From IMG/VR virus record IMGVR_UViG_3300010429_001900: a DNA stretch of 64,000 bases, one strand, 5' to 3'. A model generated the notes under the pieces. That model saw only the letters and a program-made list of their open reading frames with translations, did no database searches and had not been told where the DNA came from. Of this stretch, positions 45,929 through 54,822 are shown one piece after another. The DNA comes from an uncultured virus (IMG/VR IMGVR_UViG_3300010429_001900). Its lineage: Duplodnaviria; Heunggongvirae; Uroviricota; Caudoviricetes. The position numbers and the translations under genes are program-made. How positions within the stretch are numbered: position 1 is the first letter of the stretch; each line of letters opens with the position of its first letter.

Positions 45929-46129
45929 ATGCCCAAGAAGATCGACTTCATCGTCGCGCACCACGGCTCGATCGTGCTGCTGCACCCGCACACGCCGGCC
46001 GCCGTGCGCTGGATCGGCGAGCACCTGCCGGAGGATGCGCAGACCTTCGGCAATGCCGTGGTCGTCGAGCCGCGCTACATCACCCCCATCGTCGACGGTA
46101 TCCGCGACGACGGGCTGCTGGTGGCCTGA
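45929..46129 (+). CDS. Hypothetical protein
   Basis: GGAG RBS; HGSIVLL.P....A..W...VVEPRY. Confidence 0.75.
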   Translation: MPKKIDFIVAHHGSIVLLHPHTPAAVRWIGEHLPEDAQTFGNAVVVEPRYITPIVDGIRDDGLLVA

Positions 46130-46132
46130 GCC

Positions 46133-46342
46133 ATGAACCGCCCCTCCTCCTGCGGCCTGACGTCGCGCGCCGTGCGCCGCCAGTTCAAGCGCTTCTGGCA
46201 CGAGCGCTGCCTGCTCGTGCCAGCCTACCGCGACGACCTGCCGGCCAAGCGCCAGGCCTTCGCCTGCTTCGTCGACGATCTGGAGCGCGACGGCCGCATC
46301 AGCGAGCGTGTCGCCAGCAGCGTCACCATGGAGGAGGCGTGA
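46133..46342 (+). CDS. Hypothetical protein
   Basis: AF..FVDDL.RDGRISE. Confidence 0.7.
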   Translation: MNRPSSCGLTSRAVRRQFKRFWHERCLLVPAYRDDLPAKRQAFACFVDDLERDGRISERVASSVTMEEA

Positions 46343-46455
46343 GCTACCGCGGCGGCAACGGCCCGGCCTGGCGCATCGTGCGCCGGGCCTTCCAAGTCAT
46401 CGCGTGCTTCGGCGCGCTCGCCCTCATCGGCATCCTCATGAGCTACGCGGTATGA
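46339..46455 (+). CDS. Small membrane peptide
   Basis: GGAGG RBS, GTGA/ATGA overlaps, hydrophobic C-terminus. Confidence 0.5.
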   Translation: MSYRGGNGPAWRIVRRAFQVIACFGALALIGILMSYAV

Positions 46456-46892
46456 ACATTTTCACTGATGGCAGCTCCAGCCCGGGAGGCCGAGGCCCTG
46501 GCGGCTGGGCCTTCGTGGCGCGCAGCAGCGATGGCCTCACCCTGCACGAGGCCTGGGGCCATGCACCAGACACCACCAACAATCGGATGGAGCTGCAGGC
46601 CATCATCGAGGCTCTGCGCTGGATCGCCGGCCACCACTGCATGATCTTCAGCGACTCGCAGCTGTGCGTGAACACGCTCACGCAGTGGTCCCAGGCCTGG
46701 CGCAAGCGCGGCTGGCGCAAGGCCGATGGCGGTGAGCCGATGAACCTGGACCTGGTGGTGGTCGCCCACGAGCTGTACCAGGCCAACCCCAACGCCAGCG
46801 TCATCTGGCTGCGCGGTCACGCCGGCAACCCCGGCAACGAGCGCGCCGACCTGCTGGCCGGACGGGCGCGGCTGGCGGCCGCCACCGGGTGA
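46452..46892 (+). CDS. rnhA: Ribonuclease HI
   Basis: IFTDGS..PGGW..TTNNRMEL..SDSQ..W.RGHAG..GNERAD.LA. Confidence 0.93.
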   Translation: MNIFTDGSSSPGGRGPGGWAFVARSSDGLTLHEAWGHAPDTTNNRMELQAIIEALRWIAGHHCMIFSDSQLCVNTLTQWSQAWRKRGWRKADGGEPMNLDLVVVAHELYQANPNASVIWLRGHAGNPGNERADLLAGRARLAAATG

Positions 46893-46933
46893 CGACGGCC
46901 ATGCGCTCGTTGTCGCAACCGCAGGGGCACACC

Positions 46934-47305
46934 ATGCTGGAAGATGTCGCCGCGCGCCTCGCGCCGCGCTTCGCAGATGAGTACATCGCCGCCGCCAGGC
47001 TCAAGCGTCTGGCACCACCGAGCCATGCCGAGGCGCAGGCCTACGGCGAGCGCGCCGCGTACGCCTGGGCGCGCAAGCTCGACCTGAAGCTGGGTCCGAT
47101 CGACGGCGCCACCTTCGTGCTGGGCCTGGACGGCCACCTGATCGTCATCGGCGCGCGGGCCGGCCGCTCCGTGCACCTGGCCCAGTGGCCCGTGGTCCGG
47201 GTCTCGCCGAAGGGCAAGCCCTTCCACCAGTTCCAGTCCCGGCTGCACGTCGACGGCGGGTTCGTGTCCGAGGCCGACTACCGCAAGCTGTTCACACAAG
47301 CCTGA
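46934..47305 (+). CDS. Hypothetical protein
   Basis: Codon bias; alternative start 46889. Confidence 0.7.
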   Translation: MLEDVAARLAPRFADEYIAAARLKRLAPPSHAEAQAYGERAAYAWARKLDLKLGPIDGATFVLGLDGHLIVIGARAGRSVHLAQWPVVRVSPKGKPFHQFQSRLHVDGGFVSEADYRKLFTQA

Positions 47306-47311
47306 CTCGTC

Positions 47312-47611
47312 ATGAGCATCATCACCATCCAGCGCCGTCAGAACATCTTCCGGCGCAGCATCAACGGCGCCTGGATCAACGGGCACACCGAGACCGACAC
47401 CTTCAAGATCGACGAGCAGCGCCTGCGGCCGCGCGACCTGGGTCAGGGGTACGTCGGGCACTTCTCGCTGGGCCACGGCATCACGGCCACCTGGCCAGAC
47501 GGCACGGTCGAGCACGCCTACCCTGGCAACCGCGGCGTCGGCAACTACCCGCCGGAGTGCTTCCCCCCGTGCGGCCGCCTGAACGCCCTGCTGCGAGGCC
47601 TGGCGCCGTGA
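47312..47611 (+). CDS. Hypothetical protein
   Basis: Operonic. Confidence 0.7.
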   Translation: MSIITIQRRQNIFRRSINGAWINGHTETDTFKIDEQRLRPRDLGQGYVGHFSLGHGITATWPDGTVEHAYPGNRGVGNYPPECFPPCGRLNALLRGLAP

Positions 47612-48078
47612 GGGCGACCCGCGTACTGGGGCGCGGCAGCATGCGCATCGCCATCCTGCCGGACGGCACGCTGCGCTACCGCTACGCCTGGCCTGGCTAC
47701 GTGCGCCTGGAGTTCTCCACACTGGCCGAGGTCGGCGAACGCTTCGTCGGCATCTTCCGCTCGCTGATCACGCTGTACCGGCTGGACGTCGAGTTCGGCG
47801 TCGAGCTGGGCCGCCGGCCGTGGGTGGCCGACCGCCTGCGGATCACTCAAACCACAACGCAAGGAGCAATAGTGAACGAAACCACCAAGCGCGGAGGCGC
47901 GCAGCCCGGCGGCGGCCGCCGCGCCATCGACGGGTCGACCCAGGTCGAGCGCGTCACCATCACGCTGACCGAGCAGGATCGCACGAAACTGAGGTCGCTC
48001 GGCGGCTCGCCGTGGATCCGGGCCCAGATCCGCGCGGCGCCGCCCATCCCAGATTTTCCGTCTCAGGTCAAGCAATAA
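47608..48078 (+). CDS. Hypothetical protein; internal start at 47872 gives a small DNA-binding (RHH-like) protein
   Basis: AAGGAG RBS before GTG 47872; RGGAQPGGGRR..VTITLT..LGGSPWIR. Confidence 0.6.
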   Translation: MRATRVLGRGSMRIAILPDGTLRYRYAWPGYVRLEFSTLAEVGERFVGIFRSLITLYRLDVEFGVELGRRPWVADRLRITQTTTQGAIVNETTKRGGAQPGGGRRAIDGSTQVERVTITLTEQDRTKLRSLGGSPWIRAQIRAAPPIPDFPSQVKQ

Positions 48079-48200
48079 CCTCATACATCAGGTGCGCACC
48101 TCGCGTCAATGCCGTCTTCCCTGGCAGGCTCGGGCAACAATCCTCGCTCCCCACGCCCGGGGAGAGGTTGTCTTTGTCCAACAACAAGCCGAGAGAAGAC

Positions 48201-48872
48201 GTGTTCGCACCCAGCAGCTTGCCCATCAAGCCCACCCGCATCAACGACAGCTACATCCGTGGCGCGCTGTACCACTACGACCGCATCAGCGAGGACGACG
48301 CGAAAGCGCTCGGCATCGCCAACCTCCCCAGCCAGAAGGCCGGCAGCGTTGCGCGCCAGGATGGTGTCGTGGTACGCCGGCTGCAGTGCGGCAACCTGAA
48401 CGTCACCATCGAGTCGTCCGCCAGCATCCTGCGCGACCACGGCATCGACCGCTTCATGGGCAAGCTGCTCGACCCGCGCCTGCTCGGGGATGCGGAGACG
48501 GCACCCGCAAAACTGCTCGACCCGGCCACCAACGAATGGGTGCCGGACGGCATGGTCCAGGTCGACCTCATCTCCAAGCAGATCACGGTCTCGCCCGAGG
48601 CGGCGCAGGCCCTGTCGATGATCTGCGAGCGGTTCACCGGCAACGACGACTTCGAGGACCACCTGAAGAAGGTGCACCCAGAGGACCGCGTCAAGGTGCG
48701 CGCGGCGATGATGCGCCTGACGGACTGGTACGAGCCGGTCAGCCTGGAGTACCGCTATGGCGCCGGCGCCGTGCGTGCGCGCGGTGAGATTGTGCGCAAC
48801 GCCGGCGGCGCGCCGGTGCTGGCGCAGATCTTCCTCTCGGTCTTCAGGTGGGGCCCCGGCAAGGCCAGGTAA
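48201..48872 (+). CDS. Protein with C-terminal PAS_3-like domain
   Basis: FEDHLKKVHPEDRVKV...SLEYRY...RARGEIVRNAGGAP. Confidence 0.65.
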   Translation: MFAPSSLPIKPTRINDSYIRGALYHYDRISEDDAKALGIANLPSQKAGSVARQDGVVVRRLQCGNLNVTIESSASILRDHGIDRFMGKLLDPRLLGDAETAPAKLLDPATNEWVPDGMVQVDLISKQITVSPEAAQALSMICERFTGNDDFEDHLKKVHPEDRVKVRAAMMRLTDWYEPVSLEYRYGAGAVRARGEIVRNAGGAPVLAQIFLSVFRWGPGKAR

Positions 48873-48884
48873 GAGATCGCCCGC

Positions 48885-49241
48885 ATGCCTGGCGGCGATT
48901 ACGAGCTGGACCTGAACACCTGGCTCATCACGCTGTCGCCCGAGGCGGCCGACCTGCGCCGGGCCATCCGCGGCAAGTTCGACCCGCCCCACTGCTTCTT
49001 CGCCAGCTTGCGCGGCGTCCACCAAGACGATGTCGGCCGGTGCATCGATGCCGGGCGGAGGGCCGCAGAACTCGGCGAGGGGTGGGACATCGTCTACCGC
49101 GTCAACGACACGCCGGTGCACTCGGTGGCGCGCGTGCTCGAAGTCGACCAGCACGGCAGGCCGCTGCGTGTGGCCGGTCGCCTGAAGCCGGCGCCGCTGG
49201 GCGTCGTCGTCGTGCGAGACTTCAGCGACACGACGATGTAA
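48885..49241 (+). CDS. Stand-alone PAS-like protein
   Basis: YELDL...LSPEA..VHQDDV..WDIVYRV..DQHGRPLRVAG. Confidence 0.65.
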   Translation: MPGGDYELDLNTWLITLSPEAADLRRAIRGKFDPPHCFFASLRGVHQDDVGRCIDAGRRAAELGEGWDIVYRVNDTPVHSVARVLEVDQHGRPLRVAGRLKPAPLGVVVVRDFSDTTM

Positions 49242-49509
49242 GCAAGGCCAGGGCGTCGTCCAGCAGCTCCTGCTGGGTGACGCCGTAGCGCCTGGCGAAG
49301 GCCTTTGTGCCAAGACCGTGCACGCCGCTGTTGCCGCGGTGGTGTTCGGCGCACATTGGTATCAGCGTGGTGTAGTCGCCGCGCCCCCAGCCGCCTTCCC
49401 GGCGGTGGTGCAGTTCGACGGGCCCGTCCTGGATGCCGAACAAGCGGCGGCACAGCATACAGCCCAGCTCCGCCAGGCGCGCCTTGTGGGTCTTCTCGTC
49501 CCGGGTCAA
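49222..49509 (-). CDS. Ref/HNH-like recombination nuclease
   Basis: LGCMLC..ELHH..IPMCAEHH..GVH..F..RYG. Confidence 0.75.
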   Translation of the reverse strand: MTRDEKTHKARLAELGCMLCRRLFGIQDGPVELHHRREGGWGRGDYTTLIPMCAEHHRGNSGVHGLGTKAFARRYGVTQQELLDDALALLTSSCR

Positions 49510-49934
49510 GGTGCGTCGATCGCGTCGATGCCCATGCCGCAGCCGGCATCGAAGTGGCAGGCCACCCGCACCGCCTCGGCCGCCGACATCCCGCAGAACA
49601 TGGCGGCCAGCGCGTAGTCCCTTCCCGAGCCTAAGGCCAGCACCGGGTCTTCGTTGATGATGGCGCAGGGCGTGTCCTCGTAGAGCATGGGCCGCCCGCC
49701 CTCGATCACCAGCGTCGCGCACCAGTTTTCGCCGCGCTGGTGCTCTGGGAACCGCTCCGGCTTCCGCCCGTCGCGCACCCACTCGACCATCTCCAGGCCG
49801 TGGGCCAGGTCGCCGGACACGCCGACCAGCAGCTCGCCCACGCGGAACACCTTGGTCACGGTGCGCTTCATGCCGCTGCTTGTGGCCTGCTTGTCGGCCG
49901 CCAGGGTCTTGCCGTCCCACGCGAGAACCGTCAT
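49506..49934 (-). CDS. Ntn-hydrolase/proteasome-subunit-like protein
   Basis: MTVLAWDGKTLAADKQAT..ALGSGRDYALAAM..AEAV. Confidence 0.75.
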   Translation of the reverse strand: MTVLAWDGKTLAADKQATSSGMKRTVTKVFRVGELLVGVSGDLAHGLEMVEWVRDGRKPERFPEHQRGENWCATLVIEGGRPMLYEDTPCAIINEDPVLALGSGRDYALAAMFCGMSAAEAVRVACHFDAGCGMGIDAIDAP

Positions 49935-50188
49935 GCGGCCTTGCCTCCCTCGCGCGTCCAGGCCAGCGACACCCACGCGCCCGCAGCCGGCTGGTTGTGC
50001 AGCGGCGCATCGATCACCGCCATCACGCCGTCATCGCACCGCGCGGTCACCAGGCGCACGACGGTGCGCACGTCGACCGATCCGGGGTGCCGCCAGCCAA
50101 GCACATGCACCTCGCTGCCGGGCACCACGCCGCGGTGGTACGGCAGCTCGGCGCCGGCAGGCAGGTTGCGGAAGATCCAGGACTTCAT
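49931..50188 (-). CDS. Hypothetical protein
   Basis: ATGA overlaps. Confidence 0.6.
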   Translation of the reverse strand: MKSWIFRNLPAGAELPYHRGVVPGSEVHVLGWRHPGSVDVRTVVRLVTARCDDGVMAVIDAPLHNQPAAGAWVSLAWTREGGKAA

Positions 50189-50697
50189 CGCATCAACCTC
50201 GCGACGCTGCCCTCGGTGAACTCGCTGATGCGCTCCAGCGTCTCCAGCACCTCGCGGATCTCGCGGCCCAGCTTGCGCTGGATCGGGCGCGCGCCGGTCC
50301 CGTGGCAGGCGCGGCAGGCCCGGCCGCTCAGCGACGGCGAGCCCTCCACCACCTCGAAGCGCCGGCCCTTGCAGACAGGGCAGGTCGGGAAGACGTGGTG
50401 CGCCAGCGCCAGCTCGCCGACGCGGCGCGTGTTGTCGCCGGACAGGCGCCAGTTGTGCTTCATCGCCAGGCGCCGGGTCAACCGCACCACCGACTCGCGC
50501 GCGTTGCGGTAGTCGGCCGGGCTGCCGGCCAGCTGCAGACGCAGCACGTCGCCGCCCAGCATGCCGCTGCGCGAGCCGGCGATGCCCAGGGCAATCAGGT
50601 AGTCCGCGTCGCCGCGGTGCTCGCTGTCCAGCTCCAGGTGGCTGGACCTGAATGCGGTGAGCAGCCGCTCGTGGGTGGTGCGGCGCTCGCCGATCAC
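50185..50697 (-). CDS. Antitermination Q-like protein with Zn finger
   Basis: CPVCKGR..CRACHGTG; near the end of the nin-like block. Confidence 0.65.
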   Translation of the reverse strand: MIGERRTTHERLLTAFRSSHLELDSEHRGDADYLIALGIAGSRSGMLGGDVLRLQLAGSPADYRNARESVVRLTRRLAMKHNWRLSGDNTRRVGELALAHHVFPTCPVCKGRRFEVVEGSPSLSGRACRACHGTGARPIQRKLGREIREVLETLERISEFTEGSVARLMR

Positions 50698-51044
50698 AGC
50701 ATCACCTCCCGGACGGCAATGCCGAACTTTTGCAGCATCAGCTTGCGCTTGATCACGTAGTCCGGCTTCTTGCGCGTCGGCGGCGACTTCACGTCCTCGA
50801 CCATCATCACGCCGTCGACGCGCACGTAGCGGAAGTCGGCCACGTAGTGGCAGGCGCGCTCGGTCACGCCGGCTCGCGCCTGCTTCGGGATCAGCTCGTA
50901 GCGGACTTGGCGCTCGGGCAGAGAGATCGCGCCCTCGGCGTGCAGCTTGAGCAGCTGCCCCCAGCGCTTGGCCTCGCGCTTGCTGTCGAAGGCGACGCCG
51001 TCGACGACGACCTTCTTCGCGCCGTACTTGTTGCCGCGCGGCAT
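50694..51044 (-). CDS. DUF1064 family nuclease-like protein
   Basis: NKYGAKK..DG..FDSKREA..YVADF..VEDVK. Confidence 0.85.
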   Translation of the reverse strand: MPRGNKYGAKKVVVDGVAFDSKREAKRWGQLLKLHAEGAISLPERQVRYELIPKQARAGVTERACHYVADFRYVRVDGVMMVEDVKSPPTRKKPDYVIKRKLMLQKFGIAVREVML

Positions 51045-51046
51045 GC

Positions 51047-51325
51047 TCAGGCTGCGTTCGCGCTGGCCAGGAGGGAGCAGCTCGCCTTGAACAGCACCAC
51101 GCGGCGCGGCGGCACGGTCACCGTGTCGCCGGTCCAGATGTTGCGGGCCTTCTTCGCGCCGCGCGCCGCCACCTCCAGCTTGCCCAGCCCGAACAGGAAG
51201 ACCTCCTCCCCGCGCTGCACCGCCCCCTTCGCCGCCTCTGCCGCGGCCGCCAACACGTCGCGCACCAGCTGCGGGTGCTGGCCGCACAGCTTGGCGGCCT
51301 GGGCAATGATCTCTGCTTTCTTCAT
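51047..51325 (-). CDS. HU/IHF-like DNA-binding protein
   Basis: GEEVFLFGLGKL..ARNIWTG.TV.VP..VVLFKAS. Confidence 0.85.
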   Translation of the reverse strand: MKKAEIIAQAAKLCGQHPQLVRDVLAAAAEAAKGAVQRGEEVFLFGLGKLEVAARGAKKARNIWTGDTVTVPPRRVVLFKASCSLLASANAA

Positions 51326-51340
51326 CGTCTGGCCCTCAAG

Positions 51341-51393
51341 AACCGTTTGTATGTCATACAACAGTTTCTAGGCGGGCGAGAAGAAATCGTCAA
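51341..51393 (-). promoter_or_regulatory. Promoter for HU-DUF1064-Q block with downstream operators
   Basis: TTGACG-17-TAGAAA; ACAAACGGTT and ACAACAGTT. Confidence 0.65.
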
Positions 51394-51407
51394 GCGAATT
51401 CGGCAGG

Positions 51408-52043
51408 CTAACCTGCGCCGCGTCGCCGACCTGGCGCGACGATGCCAGTCGCATCAGCGCCAGATCGAATGCGCTTCAGCACGGTGGAGTGCGGCAACCC
51501 GAACTCCGTAGCGATCTGCGCCGCCGTCAGCGCGCGCCCGCCCACGAGCGCCGTGACGTTGCATCGCCTGTTGTTCTGCTGCTCCTGCGCGGTCGACCAC
51601 CGCACGTTGCCTGGCGCATACCCCTCGTGGTTGCGGATCCTGTCCAGGGAGTGAGCGCTCGATGGTCGCGGCCCCACGTATGCATAGAAGGCCTCGAATG
51701 AATCGATCCAGTCTCGGAACACAGTGATGCCGCGGCCGCCGTAGTCGCGGTAGTTTGGGGCCGACGGCGACAGGCAGCGCTTCTTCATCGACAGCCATGC
51801 CTGAAACTCCGGCGACTTCCACATGCCGTGCCTGGCAGCCTGCATGTTCCTGGCGCTCACGGCGTCGGAGGCAAGGCAGCCGCAGCTGCGCGTGCGCCCG
51901 GAGCGCAGCTTGGCGACAACGACGAACGAGGTCGATCCGCAGTCGCATGCGCACGACCAGAGATTGTCCCTCCCTCTCTTGCTGTGCGGGCTGACCGCCA
52001 CCAGCCTCCCGAACCTCTGGCCCGCCAGGTCGAGTCGCCTCAT
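51408..52043 (-). CDS. HNH homing endonuclease
   Basis: DLAGQRFGRL..CACDCG..YGGRGI..SLDRI.N..GY.PGNVRW. Confidence 0.85.
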   Translation of the reverse strand: MRRLDLAGQRFGRLVAVSPHSKRGRDNLWSCACDCGSTSFVVVAKLRSGRTRSCGCLASDAVSARNMQAARHGMWKSPEFQAWLSMKKRCLSPSAPNYRDYGGRGITVFRDWIDSFEAFYAYVGPRPSSAHSLDRIRNHEGYAPGNVRWSTAQEQQNNRRCNVTALVGGRALTAAQIATEFGLPHSTVLKRIRSGADATGIVAPGRRRGAG

Positions 52044-52513
52044 GCGCCAAACTCCAGCAACAGGTTGTTGATCATCTCGTCGGCCTGCAGGTCGCTCAAC
52101 GTGGGCCACAGGAACCTGGTCGCGTGCGTGCTGCGCAGGAAGCGCACGACGGCCAGGTGGTGCTCTTGGAATTCGGTCTCATCGAGCTTGCTCCAGGCGA
52201 TGCTGTCCGGGATGGCGACAGGCTTGCCTTTAGGCCCCGGCACCAGGCTGCAGAACCCTGCGCCTACGTGGCACCACATGCGGAACGCCTCCGCGTCGGT
52301 GAACTGGTCCTGCTGCTCGTAGATACAGTTCAGTAGCGCGAAGTGGCGGCGATGGAACCCGGGACTGCGCGGCTCGCGCCACTGAAACTCTAGCGTCTCG
52401 CCGACCTGAAGCCGAGACAGCATCTGCTGGAACCTGGCCCACGCGCGCGCGCCGGCCTCACCGAAGCCGGCCAGCTTGCCGTCCCCACCTTTGTGCACCA
52501 CCACGTTGGCCAT
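52040..52513 (-). CDS. DUF1367-like protein
   Basis: PRSPGFHRRHFAL..AIPDSIAW..LDE.EF. Confidence 0.7.
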   Translation of the reverse strand: MANVVVHKGGDGKLAGFGEAGARAWARFQQMLSRLQVGETLEFQWREPRSPGFHRRHFALLNCIYEQQDQFTDAEAFRMWCHVGAGFCSLVPGPKGKPVAIPDSIAWSKLDETEFQEHHLAVVRFLRSTHATRFLWPTLSDLQADEMINNLLLEFGA

Positions 52514-52516
52514 GGC

Positions 52517-52666
52517 CTACCACCAATCCAATCCGAGGACGTAACGCCTCCAGAAGACCCAGTCCCACATCAGCGCGATGCGCTCGAACAGCGGCAGGTG
52601 CTCGTAAGTCTCCTGCCGCACCAGGCTGCCGTCGACGGCAACGACCTCGACCATGCGCTGCCTCAC
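52517..52666 (-). CDS. Small hypothetical protein
   Basis: GTGA overlap. Confidence 0.5.
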   Translation of the reverse strand: MRQRMVEVVAVDGSLVRQETYEHLPLFERIALMWDWVFWRRYVLGLDWW

Positions 52667-52887
52667 GATGTCGCCTCGACCGGCTCGCGCCAGTCGCCCC
52701 AGGCCCCGCGGTTGCCCAGGTCGAACTGCTCGAAAACCTGGGCCCGCAGCGAGCGGTCCTTGTGCTTGCGCTCGTAGGCGGCGAGCCACTCCCTGGCGAC
52801 GTCGGATCCGTCGCGCTCGCGCATCGCCAGCACGGCGCGCACCAGGCAGCGGCGCATGTGCTGCTGCGTGTCGATGGGCGCCGTCAT
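52663..52887 (-). CDS. Small conserved phage protein
   Basis: HMRRCLVR..QFDLGNRG..GDW. Confidence 0.7.
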   Translation of the reverse strand: MTAPIDTQQHMRRCLVRAVLAMRERDGSDVAREWLAAYERKHKDRSLRAQVFEQFDLGNRGAWGDWREPVEATS

Positions 52888-53135
52888 GCGGGGCCCCCCG
52901 GCGTCTCGGCCACGAGCCTCTCGAACAGCTTGATCCCGTCGTACTCCGCGCGCGGGACCAGCATTGTGGTCGCGGCCATGCCGCGCCGCGCGATGCCCAC
53001 CAGCACCGACTGCCGGCCGGTCTCTGTCCAGACGCTGAGCGGCGCGTCGGTCTCTGCGCGCAGCTGCTCGGCGCGCGCCGCCACCGTGGCGCAGGCCTTC
53101 TCCAGCGACATGCCGCTGACCAGGCCCGTCGTCAC
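52884..53135 (-). CDS. Hypothetical protein
   Basis: Overlapping start/stop chain. Confidence 0.6.
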   Translation of the reverse strand: MTTGLVSGMSLEKACATVAARAEQLRAETDAPLSVWTETGRQSVLVGIARRGMAATTMLVPRAEYDGIKLFERLVAETPGGPA

Positions 53136-53437
53136 GCCACATCCCCGGCCAGGCGCTTCGGACGCGCCAGCTCCTGGCGCAGGCGGTCGATCTCCATGGC
53201 TTTGGCGGCGATGGCCTCGTCGCGCAGCTCCAGCCAGCGGGCGCCGATCACACGCCTCATCCCGGCACGCAGCTCCGCGTATCCGCGCGTCGCGCAGCCC
53301 GTGCTCCAGGACACCTCAAGCTCCGGGACTTGCACCTTGAAGTCCGGTTTGTCCGGCATGAACGAGACCATGGCCTCCAGGTCGTCGATGGCTTGCGCCA
53401 GCTGGCGCAGCAGTTGGGTTTCATTGCTCATGGTCAT
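53132..53437 (-). CDS. Hypothetical protein
   Basis: Overlapping start/stop chain. Confidence 0.65.
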   Translation of the reverse strand: MTMSNETQLLRQLAQAIDDLEAMVSFMPDKPDFKVQVPELEVSWSTGCATRGYAELRAGMRRVIGARWLELRDEAIAAKAMEIDRLRQELARPKRLAGDVA

Positions 53438-53946
53438 GCCCTTTCGAGGCCGTCTTGTTTGTTGAAGTTGACGTGGGCGAACTTGCCGAAGACGGCCGAC
53501 GCGGCGGCGTCGTATGCCATCGCTGCAGCGACCTCGTCATCGAACAGACCGAGGTGCACTCGCTTCTTGCCGGACTTGATCTGAGACCGCCACTTGCCGG
53601 CGGCGGCGTGCCAAGACACACCCTTGAACGCGGAGGTGCCTAGCGCCCGCTTCCTGCTGTTCCCGCCGTTCTGCACAGCCGTCGCCTCGCGAAGGTTGTG
53701 GCGCTGGTTGTTGAGCCCGTCGCCGTCGGCGTGGTCAACGCGGCCCAGGCAACCAAGCACCTGGCGGTGCATTAGAACGACAACCCTCCTGCCATCGATC
53801 GACTCCATGCGCGCCGCATAGATGACGTGGCGCCGGCGGAACTGCATCGCATACCAGCAGTGCTGGCGCAGCGCGTCGTAGTCGCCGTCGTCCACCACGG
53901 CGAACGTGCCTGGGTGCTTCTTGGTACTGATGTCTATGGTCTTCAC
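53434..53946 (-). CDS. HNH-AP2 homing endonuclease
   Basis: MHR..VDHADGDGLNNQRHNLR..S.FKGVSW..HLGLF..AA.AYD. Confidence 0.88.
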   Translation of the reverse strand: MKTIDISTKKHPGTFAVVDDGDYDALRQHCWYAMQFRRRHVIYAARMESIDGRRVVVLMHRQVLGCLGRVDHADGDGLNNQRHNLREATAVQNGGNSRKRALGTSAFKGVSWHAAAGKWRSQIKSGKKRVHLGLFDDEVAAAMAYDAAASAVFGKFAHVNFNKQDGLERA

Positions 53947-54137
53947 AGCTTGACGAGATCCCCATTGCACAGACGGTTCAAGAAGGGGTAGCCGTCGAAG
54001 TCGCGGTGCTCGCTGTGCGGGTGGCGGCGGTACTCCTTGCCGCAAGCCTCGCAGATCACGCTGCCGCTTGTGCGCCTGAACGCGGGTTGGTCCTCGCCGC
54101 CCATGGTCTCGGCGCACCGGTTGCGGAACGGGTTCAT
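53943..54137 (-). CDS. Small Zn-ribbon protein
   Basis: ICEACGKEY..HP..LCNG.LVKL. Confidence 0.65.
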   Translation of the reverse strand: MNPFRNRCAETMGGEDQPAFRRTSGSVICEACGKEYRRHPHSEHRDFDGYPFLNRLCNGDLVKL

Positions 54138-54448
54138 CGCGCACGCCCGAAAAGGCGGCCACGCAGCTTCTGCCAGCGGCGACCGCGGCGCACCGGCAAC
54201 GGCGCCATTCCTGCGGCATGCAGCGACGCCTTGCGGCCGCGCGCCGTGCGCGCCCGCCGGTGCGCCCCGAGGCGCGCCGGGAAGTGTCGCAGCAAGGGCG
54301 ACTCGATGAAGCGGACGCCGCCATCGATGCGGCCGATTTCGCCGTTGATCAACTCGCACCGCGACACCGCCGTGGTATCGCCGCCGGGTCGCGCCAGGTC
54401 GACGCCCCAGTCGGACGTCATCGCGAAGATCACTTCTGCTTCGCTCAT
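54134..54448 (-). CDS. Hypothetical protein
   Basis: GAGGA RBS; GVDLARPGGD, GEIGRIDGGVRFIES. Confidence 0.6.
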   Translation of the reverse strand: MSEAEVIFAMTSDWGVDLARPGGDTTAVSRCELINGEIGRIDGGVRFIESPLLRHFPARLGAHRRARTARGRKASLHAAGMAPLPVRRGRRWQKLRGRLFGRAR

Positions 54449-54450
54449 GG

Positions 54451-54822
54451 CTACATCCTCACGGCCACACTGATCACGCCAGGCACCCGCTCCAGTAGGT
54501 CGAAGCGGGCTCTGCGGATGTACTGCCCCTGCACGCGCAGGAAAATGTCGACGCAGTCCGACTTGCTGTCGGTCTCGACGACAGGCGGCTTGCTGTCAAG
54601 CGGGCCGAGGCGACCCTCCGCGTGGAGGCGAGAACACCGCTCGCGCAGCTCGGCGGCCTGGTCCCTTCGGCTGAGGCGCGCCATGTCTTCGATGAATCGC
54701 GGACCAAACCTGACGCGCACTATGCAGGGGGGCAGCTGCGCGAGGGCGGACAGCTCGGCCTGCTGGCGCTTCGCCCTGTGCGCCTTGCCCAGGCGCAGCA
54801 CCCCGGTCCTGGAGATCATCAT
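54451..54822 (-). CDS. Hypothetical protein
   Basis: ATGA overlap. Confidence 0.55.
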   Translation of the reverse strand: MMISRTGVLRLGKAHRAKRQQAELSALAQLPPCIVRVRFGPRFIEDMARLSRRDQAAELRERCSRLHAEGRLGPLDSKPPVVETDSKSDCVDIFLRVQGQYIRRARFDLLERVPGVISVAVRM

